A stretch of 53,751 bases of DNA, filler included, from Sphacelaria rigidula (lineage: Eukaryota), in NCBI GenBank assembly GCA_964200075.2. It is 5 parts of 5 records of this genome, joined end to end, with 100 filler letters (N's around TTAATTAATTAA, not from the genome) between each part and the next. Parts side by side here need not be neighbours in the genome. Positions count along the whole stretch, not along the records: positions 1 to 10,671 come from CAXNAA020006105.1; positions 10,772 to 21,441 come from CAXNAA020006106.1; 3 more parts are not named here. One strand, 5' to 3'. How positions within the stretch are numbered: position 1 is the stretch's first letter; every line of letters starts with the position of its first letter. The notes beneath the pieces are model-generated. The model searched no databases, was not told where the DNA came from, and worked only from the letters and a program-made list of their open reading frames with translations. Made by a program: the position numbers and the translations under genes. This document shows positions 1 through 11,762 of this stretch, one piece after another.

Positions 1-487
1 ATCACGCGCTGTATGGCCATTTATTTCGTGACACTTTTAGCTGGTTTTGGGGGGGGGCTATCGTAGAAAGTGTCGGATGTTTGGTAAATAACGCCCGCTC
101 TCTGAAAATACATCAACCACTTGACGAAATGAACACTGCTCCTAGGCCTTATCTGATTTTTTTAGCTCAATTTTGAGACTTGTGATTTGAAACTTAGCAT
201 GGAGAACCACAGAGGTATGCTGAATAAAAAAAATGGGCCCTCAATTTGTGTTTGGGAGAGGTTCGGGAGTTGTTGTGAAAAATTGGCCCTAACCATGCTC
301 AAACGCTCTAAACAAGTGAAAACATACATATATACCAATTTGACCTACTTTTTTTTGTTCATTATACCCTGGCGAGGTCCCACACAAAATTTCAACACCA
401 ACCGTGGGCCGGTAAGTGACCTGAAAATTCTGTTACGAATTTCTACCGACCCGGTTACTCTACGGCCCATTCGTCGGGCAATATTTA

Positions 488-713
488 AAGTTGAACCCTA
501 AAAAATGGTTTGGAAAATTCATAGGGCATAATAAAAAACAATACCTCCGCACTCAAAGGTTTTTCCGATTTTTTAATGAGTTAAGGGCGATAATCAGTTT
601 TCAGGTATCAGTAAAATGTCCTCACCTCATGAAGAAGAAAAAAACTTTGTGTGCAAAGGTGATTTTTTAATTTTGCCCTACTCATAGTCCATACCAAATT
701 TTAGGGTCAAAAC
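488..713. mobile_element. Foldback/MITE-like element with ~50 bp imperfect inverted arms; related copy at 32925-33231
   Basis: aagttgaaccctaaaaaatggtttgga..tagggcataataaaaaac is the inverse of gattttttaattttgcccta..tccataccaaattttagggtcaaaact. The core ttaagggc..atcag..tcagtaaaatg.cctca.ctcatgaa recurs near 33104. Confidence 0.55.
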
Positions 714-1000
714 TCTAAGTGTTAGCCGACGAATGAGCCTGCAAACTAAAAGTTTGCTTTTAAGCTGGCCCAACTCGTACCCGTATTTTGCCCCTTTTAG
801 AACCCTCAGTTAGATGGGACATGGAAAAATGCACGGCACGTTTCCAAAAGTACACTCAACAATGTTTTCGTGAAATTGAGAGTTGAAGATCCAAATGAGG
901 GTGACATCTTCTTCCGACCAGCGTGACATCCACCTTTTAACTTGTGACACGACACGTTGGTTTCTAGCATAATAAGAGGCCCGTTGACCCTTCCAGCAGT

Positions 1001-1256
1001 AGACCTGATGAAATGTTCGTACGCAATGGTTGGCAGGCATGACTACTCGATCTTAGAGTTGATAAAATGAAAAAAAAAATGGTTTGGGGCAGGTGAATAG
1101 TAGGCCCAGCTCGTCCAGAACGTGTTTTTGTCGAAATCGGAGCCTGCCGCGACGATTCGAAGTCTGCCAACTCACACTTTGCCCAGGGGGAACTATGCCC
1201 TCTCCTCGCCCGAGGGTCTCGTGCGTCCTGGGTCGGGGTTAGGGTTAGTGTTAGTC
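1001..1256 (+). mobile_element. Non-autonomous element with conserved core ending in TTAGGG-like repeats (copy 1)
   Basis: Core ttggggcaggtga..cccagctcgtccagaacgtgtttt..gcccgagggt..gggttagggttag is shared with 27290-27606, 36503-36830 and 36943-37052. Confidence 0.7.
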
Positions 1257-1321
1257 TATAACATTCAATGATGTTCCCCGTCAAACAGTATCTACCAAAA
1301 TTTCTTGACGTCTTTTTTTGA

Positions 1322-1799
1322 TAGACCGCGAGGGTAGGTCACCTGGTAAATCGGCATCAATTTTCACTTGAACAAAGTACGCGTGACCCAAATGGACTAC
1401 CCCCACCGCGGCGGTCGCCGCGGTGGCTCAGTTGGTATAACCTCGGAATCTTCTGACGGTCGGGTCGTAGGTTCAAATCTCGGAGCGATCTGAGATTTTT
1501 TCACACACCATGGCCAACAGTGGATAGCGAATACGTCGTGGGTACACAGAATTCGACTTGATGGTCGACGAGGGAAAAGGACTGCTGAACCCCTCTCGCG
1601 GTAAAAAAGGAAAGGCGAGCGGCCGCAGAAGGAAGATGGAGTACCAAAAACAAATGGGACGACAACACATACACCCGAATCACGGGCTGAGGGTCAACCC
1701 TTCGACCGCGAGGGTAGTCCATCTGAATCATGCATGCCGTTTTCAAGTGAAGTTGATGCCGATTCAACCGATGACCTACTCTCGTCGTCTAAGGGTCAA
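1322..1799. mobile_element. Inverted dimer of a ~98 bp piggyBac-like MITE, interrupted by a SINE
   Basis: Unit 1698-1795 begins cccttcgaccgcgagggtag, ends ctactctcgtcgtctaaggg and is flanked by TCAA on both sides. An inverted partner lies at 1322-1410, and the same dimer with TTAA occurs at 35515-35720. Confidence 0.6.
1417..1665 (+). mobile_element. tRNA-derived SINE, family A
   Basis: Box A tggctcagttgg and box B ggttcaaatc, followed by a body (gtgggtacaca.aattcga..ggtcgacgagggaaa) shared with 40153-40474 (-). Confidence 0.8.
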
Positions 1800-3029
1800 G
1801 TTTCGGCTCGAAACTTCCCTTGGTGTGAGATTCGAAACAGTTATCGGCCATCGTACACCTGCATCAGCCACCTGGCAACAACATGTCGTTTGTATGTGCA
1901 ACCATCTCAAATTATATAGCCAAACAACTGGTCGGAAAATATTCGGAACCAACAATAATCCAATCTTTGGGGTCCGGAACGCGAATATTTTTTATCTTGA
2001 AGGAAAAAGTGACGATTGTGAGCATCCAATTTTTGGGAAAGGTACCCGACCGGTAGGACACCCTCTCATTGTACATCATAATTGGAGTAACTTCGTGATG
2101 ACATGGCGGTTTCACGATTTCACCTATTGGATGGCTGTCGATAGAGTATGGTTGTTTTGCTCCAACAATTGGTACTACAGTCACTTTGACGATATCAAAA
2201 TCTGTAATTTGAACGAGTGCACTTAGAAGATTTGTAATCAGGTGACATAAGCCTTGCAACCACCATTGGGAACATTGGCTGGGATGCCACTTTTGATCGT
2301 CAAGGAAGCGGCCGATGGACGGATGCTAGTTAACCCGCAAAAATGAAGTTTGCACCCCGGTGCACCATCGACCTTCATGTGCACCCTGGGATGATGGCAA
2401 AAACACGTGCGGCTAGTCAGCGCCGTATGGTCACAACCACCCTGACCGTGGTGCAACTTGGGTCAAATTACTTCAATCCGAGCCAGCACAGCCAACGCAG
2501 AGTACAGTTGTAGTACAACAATAACATGATGTCGCACACTCTCTCATCTCCCACTACTCGTCGCACGGTTGAGTCTGCTGGAATCCGCTGCCAGCTCGAA
2601 AACGAAAAAGTGCTCTGTATTGATCATTTCAAAGCTCAAAATGCTCTGCTCGCTCATCTCCACCCTAAATCCATGTATGATGCACACCGACATACTATGG
2701 AGGGAAAAAATGTGCTGCTTTGTGTACCCAGAGAAGCACAGAAACCCAACGTAGAGAGAGTGGCGTGCACTGGAACAGACAACATCATGGCGACTACATT
2801 ATATTCTACTGTCAGTCAGTTGCGATAAGTCTATCGGTAACGCCACGATGATCACCGTGCCATCTCTACAGCAAAGTGAGTTATGGCCTACAGACAGGAA
2901 GGTACTGTATGTACACGGAAGCCCGAATAAAACAACAGTGTAGTGCAGTCGTCTTATTCTCCATCATTCCGCTGCGTTCATCCCTTCGTCCATGCTAATT
3001 CCTGAAGTGTGGAGATCGCCGTTTGGGCA

Positions 3030-3374
3030 TGTGCGGAGATATTTCCTTTTATGACGTGTAACCTAGTGAACGGCTATTGCAGCGGTAAGTTCGCAGGAGC
3101 CCCGAAACCTCCATATCTGTACAGCCGGATCTGGGACCCCAAGGTAACAGGGATCTTCCCAGCGAACTGCTGACAATCCCTGGGGATCACTCTTGACCAA
3201 GACTCTCAGACTTCGTCATCGGGCTAACTCGCTCGCGCTCGTCGAGCTTTCCCGAGTGATCCACTTTGCCTCAACCCCACGACTTACGGTCAATCCTTGA
3301 CTACATTACCCGAGGGAAATCATGGGCCACCTTCGACGGTTTCTACCGCTACCGGGAGTCTCACGACTTGCACA
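3030..3374 (+). repeat. Candidate 5' LTR
   Basis: TG...CA ends with 5 bp terminal inverted repeat tgtgc/gcaca, immediately followed by a PBS-like tggcgaacacc. No full second LTR is available for comparison. Confidence 0.5.
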
Positions 3375-3738
3375 TTGGCGAACACCAGTTTAGTAGACAC
3401 GTGTGCGGGGCACACTAGACATTTTTAGCTAAGGCAGAAACAGCGACACCTCCTACACCGGTCGAGGCGCTCGTAAGCACAAACAACAAGATGTTGCTTG
3501 GACGCCAGGGCTGTGGGAGGAGTGCAATAGCAGGTGAAATGCATGGGTCATGTGTTCAGGTCAGCGCGAATTCAGCCTTTGTAGGGTGCATCACATGTCA
3601 CCTTCATGGCTTGTCAAATTGCGAAACCGCACCCATCAACGCACCTCTCACCATCGCGAAGTACTAGAGGCACGACAACCAATCAAGCAGACCGACCTCT
3701 ACAAACGCGGTGATTCGAGATAGCACTGAAAAAAGTAG

Positions 3739-4085
3739 TACCCAACCTGCAAATGCACTACCTTACATACCCGACTATTTAACACGCGCAAGGTGTACAA
3801 ACGATTTTGCCGCATCTCACAGCTCATAAGTTGACAGGAGTTGAAAATTGCAGACAATTTGAAAGTTCACCTCTCAAAACGCATGCAAATGAAGGTGTAT
3901 AGGTGGAACTACCCAATTTGCGAATTCACTACCTTATCATACCCTTCCATTCAGCAAGCGAAAGAAGGTGTTTGGACGGCCTTGCCGCATCTCACAGCTC
4001 ACAAGTTGAGAGGAGTTGCAAATTGCAGACAGTTCAACACTCTACATCACAGAACGCATGCAACAAGGGAGAGGTGTATAGGGGG
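3739..4085 (+). repeat. ~172 bp tandem duplication in the retroelement leader
   Basis: tacccaa..tgc.aat.cactacctta and ttgccgcatctcacagctca.aagttga.aggagttg.aaattgcagaca each occur twice, about 172 bp apart. Confidence 0.8.
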
Positions 4086-4589
4086 GGGAAAACCCATAAC
4101 CAACGAACTCTTGAAATTTAGAGGGGGTACACACACTCCGATAGCACCCAAGAGTCGAGAAAAAAACGGAGTGCGGTGTGTAATATGAACAGCCTCCGTA
4201 TTTCGACTCATCTCCTAAGCAGCCTTTGTAATACAGCCGTCGAACAAGCGATGTGTCCACGGTCGTTCAACATGAATAGCTCAACTCGCAGACTAATATT
4301 TTGTTGCATGTTTCTCGGTACCCCAACGGACGGGTGGCGTTACATTATGGGTTGACGTCTCTTCAACCTGCCGCCAGAGTAAAGAGCAAGGCTGTAGGCA
4401 AGGGTCGTTGATTTCAAACTCGGACCTGCTCATATCCACTTCAAAAGATCATCCGGTCACATCCACGCGGATATTTTAATCTGAATATTCAAATTAAGAA
4501 AAATTACGGTTCACCACCGGAAATTGTGGACAATTTACCGACGAACGAATGTTGAATTCAACTGTTCGACTTCGTGACACGGTAGGAAG

Positions 4590-5040
4590 TTCACCCTACT
4601 GACTCGAACACATACTCGAGCGCTAAAAACAGCGTCGGTCTTCATCCCTGAACCATCGACAGTTGAGCATGGACCCAAACAGTACCTGAGACACGCGCTG
4701 TCAGCAAATGGTATCGAAGTAGGAGATGACCGAACCGACGTACATCGCAAGCAGTTATTTTCAGTGATGGGCATGATGACGTTCGTGAGGGAACTTATAC
4801 CGAACCTCATAGAAGTGACTAAATATGACGCAGCCTTGCAGAACATAACGGTTTGTGACGAGCACACTGGTCCTCTATTCCCCAGAATTTTCAAAGCCAT
4901 CCAACCAGAGGCGTCAACGGGAGAGACCGGCTCGATTTCGATCTAATAGAAGGCGACGAGGTGTGCTCATAACATATATCAGCCAACGTTTGAACCACGC
5001 TCAGCGGCAGTACTCTGTGAGACCCAGGGAATGTTATGTG
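4590..5040 (+). pseudogene. Second, internally deleted RT-thumb/RNase H relic upstream of pol
   Basis: EPSTVEHGPKQYLRHALSANGIEVGDDR..KQLFSVMGMMTFVRELIPNL..KYDAA / TSTLVLYSPEFSK / ITYISQRLNHAQRQYS..EC aligns with the main pol at 7140-7600. Confidence 0.75.
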
Positions 5041-5619
5041 GGTGAAAAAAAAAAAACGATACATCAAGGCGCCGCGTTTTATGGGAGTCGACATTCTATA
5101 CCTGGGTGACGGATCATGCCACACTGAAATTTCTGTCGAGTATGTGAAGCGAGAAGAGCAACTACCGTATAATCTATCAAAGATGGGGGTTCTAAGGTAG
5201 CACGCGTTACGCAAAAGTACGGAAAATTGAGGGGAAAAACTGTGCACCACGAAATGGGTGCCGACCCTCTGGTGGGAAATAAAAGGGCAAGAAACGTGTG
5301 CAATTTGCTAGCCAAGGCGTAGCTTCTTCTGTGAGGTCATGTAAGAGAGTACATGTGGAAGGGGTTGCGGTTGCAAAGGCTAGAAGACAAGAGCAAGTGG
5401 GGAATAAAACAGGTCAAGATAAGATGTTACGTGGGAGGCATCATCACCTGGACATCGCCCCCAAGCTGCTTTTGTAAGCAAGACGTCTCTAAAAAACTAA
5501 TCAAAAGCACGGATCCAATTTTTTGCCCCCAAGCTCGACAAAATACGAGTCTTTTTTCATGTCTTCGTTGGCCCGCTATCCTAGGAAGCCGGCAACGTTG
5601 CAACCTGCATCAGGGAAGG

Positions 5620-8600
5620 TGCAGGTTCCCGCCAGAGTCAACGGAACGGAGGTCCCGGCCACAAACATTAATACTGCTTTAGACGTCCCGATCATTGGTA
5701 GTTTGAACTTCATCCGTTCACATCCCACATTGAGCGAGGAGCACATCCAATTAGTCCCATCGCGTTCTGTTGATCTACGAAGCGCTAACGGTTCACCAGT
5801 CAAGATGAAGGGATTTATTCGCGTTGACCTCACGCTGGGTGACATAACCTTGCCCGTCGAAGCATTTGTCCTCGGGAATCTCGGCCAGATCTCATGCTGA
5901 TAGAGATCTCAGTAATGAGCGCATTTGGCGGGATTCCTGATCGGCAAGCAAAACTTTGACGTTTCGTGGTTCAACAGTTCGCCTCACTGCTACTCACAGA
6001 AGAAAAGACAGAAAAGTTCATCCGACGTTTTCGGAACATGATCATTGTTCTGTCATACGAGTAGCATCGGCTGAAAATGTACCAGTGTACCTCGTACCTC
6101 TGAAAAAGGTGCTCCATCCCGCCTCGAAGTGAGATGGCTCTTCGTGTCGAAACAAATGAGCCGCCAAAATTTACAACTGAAGCGGTCATTGAGCCACGAA
6201 TTACAACGGATGAAGACCTCCAATCCAAGAAAGTACCTGATGCTTTTAACCGCCTCGTGGTAGCACGCACAACCTGCACCTGGTCAGCGGCCAAAAAAAC
6301 AGCTATGGTACAAGTAGCAAACCCGTCGAATTGACACGTCCAACTTTCAAAAAAATTAATTTTGGGACACATCACACAAGTCGAAAAAAATGACCCGACG
6401 GAAAACGCCGGTGAAATTTCACAAGTTGAAACAAATAAGCCGACGGAAAACGTCAGTGCAATTTCACAAGTTGAACACCAAAATACTGACGCACGAGAAG
6501 AACTGACAACAGCGCTCGAAAAGGCATTCAAAGATACCACATTTTCTGAAAATCAGAAGAGCCAAGTGCTCGATTTATGCATCAAATACAGGTCAGTCTT
6601 CCCACTGTCACAGCGGGAGCTAGGGTTTTGTACAATCGGAGAGGCAACTTTCCCCCTACTTCTCGGCACGAAACCCGTACAGGGCCAATCCCATGGGGCT
6701 CCGCAGTGACAGTAGTAGCTAAACATACATGACGGTACAGCCCGATTTTGTATCGACTACACATCCACGCTCAATAAAAGTCTTGTGCGAAAATCATGGC
6801 CAATGCCTAATTTGGAAAGTCATGTAGATACGGTGGCAGGCGCCAATTTTTCCTCTACCTTTGATGTACAGAGCGCGTTTCATCAGATCCCACTAGTGGA
6901 GGAGGAGTAAGAAAAAACGGCCTGTCACAGAGAAGGTAAGTAGGTTTTCAACAGGCTGCCGTTCGGCCTGGCATCTTCCCCGTTCATTTTCACGCGAATA
7001 ATGGCTCTTACTTTCTCACACTTTGGACCCACGAGCGGTCTGTTGGTGTACATGGATGATTTGATCGCCTGCTCCTCCACATGGGAAAGTCACCTCACTC
7101 TACTGGAAGACACGTTCAAAACACTGAAAAAAGCAGGTCTTACCCTAAAGCCCTCTAAAGCACAGTTTGGTCCTAAGGAGGTCAAGTGCCTCGGCTACAC
7201 TTTGTCCGCTGACGGGATCAAAATTGGGGGAGACCGCGTAAAGGCCATCTTAGATTTACCCACACCAACAAACATCAAACAATTACGTTAGGGACGATTA
7301 GTTTTGTGAGAAAACTTGTTCCGAATCTCACACAGGTAATCGCCCCGTTGGTAGATCTAACGAAAAAAGAGGCAGCCAAGGAAAGAGCAAAACGCTGGAA
7401 TCACAAACACGATGCAGCTTTTGCCGAAGTCAAAAGGCTTCTCACCACCGCTCCTGTCCTTCACTTCCCAGGCTTTTCAAAGGAGTTCACCATTCAAGCT
7501 GACCCAGGATAAGGAGGGCAAAACTGCAATCATAGCGTATTCCAGTCAGCGTTTCAATCATGCTCAGCAGCACTACTCTGCCACACTCGGAGAATGTTCT
7601 GCAGTTGCATTAAGTATACAAGACTGGAGACCCCTGTTATAGGGAAGACATTTCACGTGTGTGACAGATCATGCAGCACAACGGTACCTCTATTCCATGC
7701 AAAACACGAGCAGTATGTTGACAAGATGGGCGATAGCTTTACAGTCATTTGACTTCACTGTGAGGCACAAACCGGGAAAACTTAATATCGTTCCGGACAC
7801 TCTGTCAAGGCTCTCTTTCGGTTTGAAAAAGACCAGAATAATGAGGTCAAACCCCTGCTCGCGCCTATTTGTCGGAACGTCCCAGAAGACCCCAAATTTC
7901 TCGCGAAGAAACCGCACCATCCGCTTCAAATTTCAGCGGATAAATTGGATAATCTCAAACCAGTACAGAGCGACAGAGAGCTGTTTGCCGTCAACGCTAC
8001 CCACACAAGCGCTACACATATTTTCACGTCTGTAAACAAAGACTAGTTGCGAACCGAAAAGGCAAAATAATATGGCTGTTATATTCAATATCTGACAGAC
8101 GACGACACCCCGTTACCGGAAAAGGAGACACTGACTTTTATGTCCTACCTTTTGCTCCGTGACGGTATTTTGTTCAGGTCATACTTGCTAGGGAACCTTC
8201 GAAAAAAGGCACCGATCGCGATAGACTAGTGCTACCAGAAGCTCTGGTTAATTTAGTTTTGCACTCATATCACGATCATGTGTCGTCTGGAGGTCACCTT
8301 CGATTCAAACCGACGTACGAAAAGATTAAAAACAAATATTATTGGCCGACATTGAGCCAAGATGTGCGAAAGTGGTGTCAACGTTGCCACTCATGTCAGA
8401 GAAGAAAGACGGCCCATAACCGTCCGAAATGCCTGTAGGCCACGTACCCGTGAACAGACCTTACGAGCGGATATCGATAGATCTTGTCGAATACAAGGCG
8501 ATTTCAAATTCGTCAGCCGGTGTGCCGTGTAAGTATGTAATGTCTGTGATGGATCATCTGACACGATTTGCACTGTTTATTGCGATACCGAACAAATCCG

Positions 8601-9620
8601 CCAATACGGTGGCAAGAATGTTGGTAGACCGTGTCTTCACGCCATTTGCAATCCCCGAAAAAACTTCATTCCGATCGCGGTAAAGAGTTCGAAAACCGAG
8701 TAATACACCAGTTGCAGTTGATCCTCACAAAACACGCACGACACCATTCCGCCCTCAAGGCAACTCTGTTTCAGAACGCGTACACTCGAATTCGCACGCT
8801 ATGTTAGCCATGCATAGTACGGTCGAACAAGCCAACTGGGTGTCTATGCTACCCTTCGTGCAAATGGCGTATAGTACATCGTTCAACACCTCAGTGCAAG
8901 AAACACCCTATTTTCTCATGTTCGGACGTCAACCAAAATTACCTGTCGACATTATTTTGGGCATTTCCGAAAAAGGGCACGCTGTGGATGCTGAACAGTA
9001 CGCGAAAGAGACAAAAGAAAACTTGCAGATAGCTTTAGAAATTGCAAGGCGCAACTTGAAAAAACGAGCAGACAAACAAAAGGCAAGCAATGATATGCTC
9101 AAGCCATATCCTGTCTTTAAACCTGGCCAACAAGTGCTACTGTTCAGGCCACACCAAGACACAGACGGTCCTAATCCAAAGTTGGTATTACCACGGCGGG
9201 GGCCATACAAGGTCGTCAAACAAATTTTTCCGGTTGTCTATAAGGTCAAGATAAGCGAAGATGCGAAAGAGACGTCAGTACACCTCGCTCACCTTCAGCA
9301 ATATTATCCACGACAACGACCCCCAGCTCCCGAGTTTGACCGACTCGACGAGTATTTCCTAGGCAAAAAACTACCCCTGCCGCAACTTGACCGTCCGGAA
9401 GTAACGAAACTAAGAATTGACTGTTACATCGTTGACAAGGTGGTGGGCCACAGACGAGGTCCGGGAAGAAAGAGCCATCAAAATTACAAGTACCGTCTCC
9501 GTCTTCAAGGCAACGGGCCGTCAGCAAACTTGGAGTGTGCCGAGCGGACGAGATACCACAATGTCAACAATTCATCAACGCGTATCGAATAAAACACAAG
9601 TTGGATAATACGCGCTATTT
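5620..9620 (+). pseudogene. Gypsy pol pseudogene (aspartic protease, RT, RNase H, integrase, chromodomain) with many stops and frameshifts
   Basis: Protease-like LRSANGSPVKMKG; RT RFCIDY, FDVQSAFHQI, RLPFGL and YMDD (7049-7060); RNase H AYSSQRFNHAQQHYS, TDHAA, RWAIALQSFDFTVRHKPGKLN; integrase H..GGH..C..C, PYERISIDL, RGPYKV; chromo-like YIVDKVVGHR..YKYRLRLQG. Confidence 0.95.
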
Positions 9621-10030
9621 TGACTCGCCATCTCAAAATTCGAAAAAAAAAAAAAGGAAGGAGAGACAAAAATATAAGGCGAGCTGAAGAACAAAATCGT
9701 GTCATACTTACACGACCAACAGAATGTCTGAAAAAAATAAATGAAACGCGTAAAAAATCAAACCAAGTTGAATACTACGCGCTCAGATGACTCGCCGTTC
9801 CCGAAATTCGTGGAAACAAAGATATGAATTAAGGCGAGCGGCAGTAATTTTTCGTGTCAGGCCTACACGACTAAAATAATATTCATACATGAACGCGTAT
9901 CAAATCAGTTCAAGATTAAATAATACGCGCTAACTTGACTCGCCGTGTCATAAATCCGGAGAAAAAAGACGAAATTATAAGGCGAGCTGGAAAAAATAAT
10001 CGTGTTATACCTACACGGCTAACAATAATA
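9577..10030 (+). repeat. Three tandem ~150-168 bp units, each carrying three short inverted-repeat pairs
   Basis: Units start at 9577, 9745 and 9892. Each has CGCGTA/TACGCG, CTCGCC/GGCGAG and CGTGT/ACACG. Confidence 0.85.
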
Positions 10031-10671
10031 TCGGGACAGACCTCACGATCGAAAACAGATCGACAGTGAAGAGAGACTTCGTCTTTGAATCAAACTCTGA
10101 TCAGCATAAGGGAAACTTGCTGACAAGGATTGTCGTAAAAAAGCTCTTTCTACTCCGAGCAAAATGCTCCGAGAAAAGCACATTTTTACCACCACTGTAC
10201 CCGATATCAACCTCTCCCTGGTTACCTAATATATCACGCGGCCACCATAGCTCCACTCCTCTGCAAGTCATGAGCGGACCTTATTAATACAGGCCGTCAG
10301 ATACGGTAATCTGTGTAGATCGTTCAGCTGATCACTGAACGAAATTTGCACGAAATTTGAAGGAAAACAAATTATTTGCCATTTTTGTTTTTTACACGAG
10401 CCTGTAGGAGAACGTCGATAAAACTTTTTGGTTAGTGTTTCTCAACACCCAGTATAGAGGATATGACGCATTCAACTCCAGGCTACTACAAAAGTATCTC
10501 AGAAGCACAAACAAATTAGACTCCCAAAAATCATCACTCTCCCGAATGCCCGCCACGAGCCTTCACAGATGGCCTCGCGGCCCATCAAGAAGGGGGGGGG
10601 GGGGGGGGGGCAGCCTTTGTTGGTTGCTGTCGGGTCTTGTCGGCAGCCCCGAGGGGGGGGTGTAGGGAGAG

Positions 10672-10771
10672 NNNNNNNNNNNNNNNNNNNNNNNNNNNNN
10701 NNNNNNNNNNNNNNNTTAATTAATTAANNNNNNNNNNNNNNNNNNNNNNNNNNNNNNNNNNNNNNNNNNNN
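10672..10771. other. Artificial 100 nt linker N44-TTAATTAATTAA-N44 (also 21442-21541, 32212-32311, 42982-43081)
   Basis: Identical linker with stops in all six frames, recurring every 10,770 bp. Confidence 0.97.
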
Positions 10772-10955
10772 ACACGTCGTTGATGAACGAGTTCATAATG
10801 GACATGCCGCGCTTGGAGATACCCGTGTCGGGGTGGACCTGCTTGAGCACCTTGTAGATGTACGAAGAGTACGACTCCACCTTCTTGCCTTTCTTCTTCT
10901 TGTCTCCAGCCTTCTTGGGTGCCTTGGCAGACTTCTTCGACGGTGTCTTCGCCAT
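10772..10955 (-). CDS. H2B: Histone H2B, N-terminal half (truncated by scaffold end)
   Basis: [64 protein letters not shown] at 10953-10955. Confidence 0.97.
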
Positions 10956-11292
10956 CCTACTATACGATGTCAATGGGTGTTGCAAGTCGACTCTGCGTAA
11001 GAGAGATAATTGTTTTGTGGTAGGGTGGGGCCGTTGCGAGTTCAAATCCACCTTTTGCATCTAAGGAGGCGTATCTGTATTCTTTTCCTGTTCGTTCTTC
11101 ACTCCTTTTGAGCCAATCAGCGTTTGAAGAGCGATTCGCACTGGAGGCGTTCTCGATATTCAATTTTACGAGAACCTGCTGACAGTTCAGCTGGTGCTGG
11201 GGTGGTCTCTCCTCGCGACACCCCGTCCCCACATCATCATCTGCCCCTGGACAACACACACCTACGCATCTACACTCACCCATACACGGAGT
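10956..11292. promoter_or_regulatory. Bidirectional H2A/H2B promoter region with CCAAT box (11113-11117)
   Basis: 337 bp spacer between divergent histone ATGs, with agccaatcag near its centre. Confidence 0.6.
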
Positions 11293-11670
11293 ATGTCTGG
11301 CAAAGGAAAGGGCGGGCGCGGTGAGGCTAAGAAGTCTGTCACTAGGTCTGCAAAGGCTGGCCTACAGTTCCCCGTTGGCCGGGTGGGCCGTTTTCTCAAG
11401 AAAGGAAAGTACGCGTCTCGTGTGGGCGCAGGTTCCCCCGTGTACTTGGCGGCGGTACTGGAGTACCTTACGGCAGAGGTGTTAGAGTTGGCCGGCAACG
11501 CGGCTCGTGACAACAAGAAGGCTCGAATCGTGCCCCGCCACATCCAGCTGGCGGTGCGCAATGACGAGGAGCTGAACAAGCTGCTTGGCGAGGTGACAAT
11601 CGCTTCTGGCGGTGTACTGCCTAATATCCACGCTGTCCTCCTCCCCAAGAAGGCCTCCAAGAAGGACTAA
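11293..11670 (+). CDS. H2A: Histone H2A, canonical, intronless, 125 aa
   Basis: [72 protein letters not shown]; no C-terminal SQ motif, so not H2A.X. Confidence 0.98.
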   Translation: MSGKGKGGRGEAKKSVTRSAKAGLQFPVGRVGRFLKKGKYASRVGAGSPVYLAAVLEYLTAEVLELAGNAARDNKKARIVPRHIQLAVRNDEELNKLLGEVTIASGGVLPNIHAVLLPKKASKKD

Positions 11671-11746
11671 GATTCAAGAGAGCTTATCCTTGGAATACCG
11701 ACGATGCCGTCTTGATCTACCGCAAGGCTGAGCCAAAATAAACCCT

Positions 11747-11762
11747 GGTGTTTTTGAACACC
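11747..11762 (+). promoter_or_regulatory. Histone mRNA 3' stem-loop
   Basis: GGTGTT-TTTG-AACACC (6 bp stem, 4 nt loop) followed by ACCC, about 77 nt after the H2A stop. Confidence 0.85.

Larger units (their letters stand above)
3030..10671 (+). mobile_element. Decayed Ty3/Gypsy LTR retrotransposon with chromodomain-bearing integrase; 3' LTR cut by scaffold end
   Basis: PR-RT-RH-INT-chromo order. Candidate 5' LTR 3030-3374 (tgtgc...gcaca) is followed by TGG-PBS-like tggcgaacacc at 3376. PPT gagggggggg at 10651-10660 is followed by tgtagggagag, which resembles the 5' LTR start tgtgcggagat. Boundaries are less certain than the internal domains. Confidence 0.85.

Noticed and set aside
1417..1490. 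tRNA gene
   Set aside because: Has A/B boxes but no intact cloverleaf and continues into a dispersed repeat body, so it is a SINE head. The same applies to 22553, 30881, 34500 and 40400.
9577..10030. CRISPR array or hammerhead ribozymes
   Set aside because: Units are ~150 bp homologous repeats without unique spacers, and I found no CUGANGA/GAAA hammerhead core in the right register on either strand.
10560..11000. Gypsy element inserted next to or into the histone cluster
   Set aside because: The adjacency is across an artificial linker.
11194..11292. N-terminally extended H2A (158 aa) and H2B ORFs
   Set aside because: Artefacts of alternative start codons in the ORF caller; the canonical ATGs are at 11293 and 10955.
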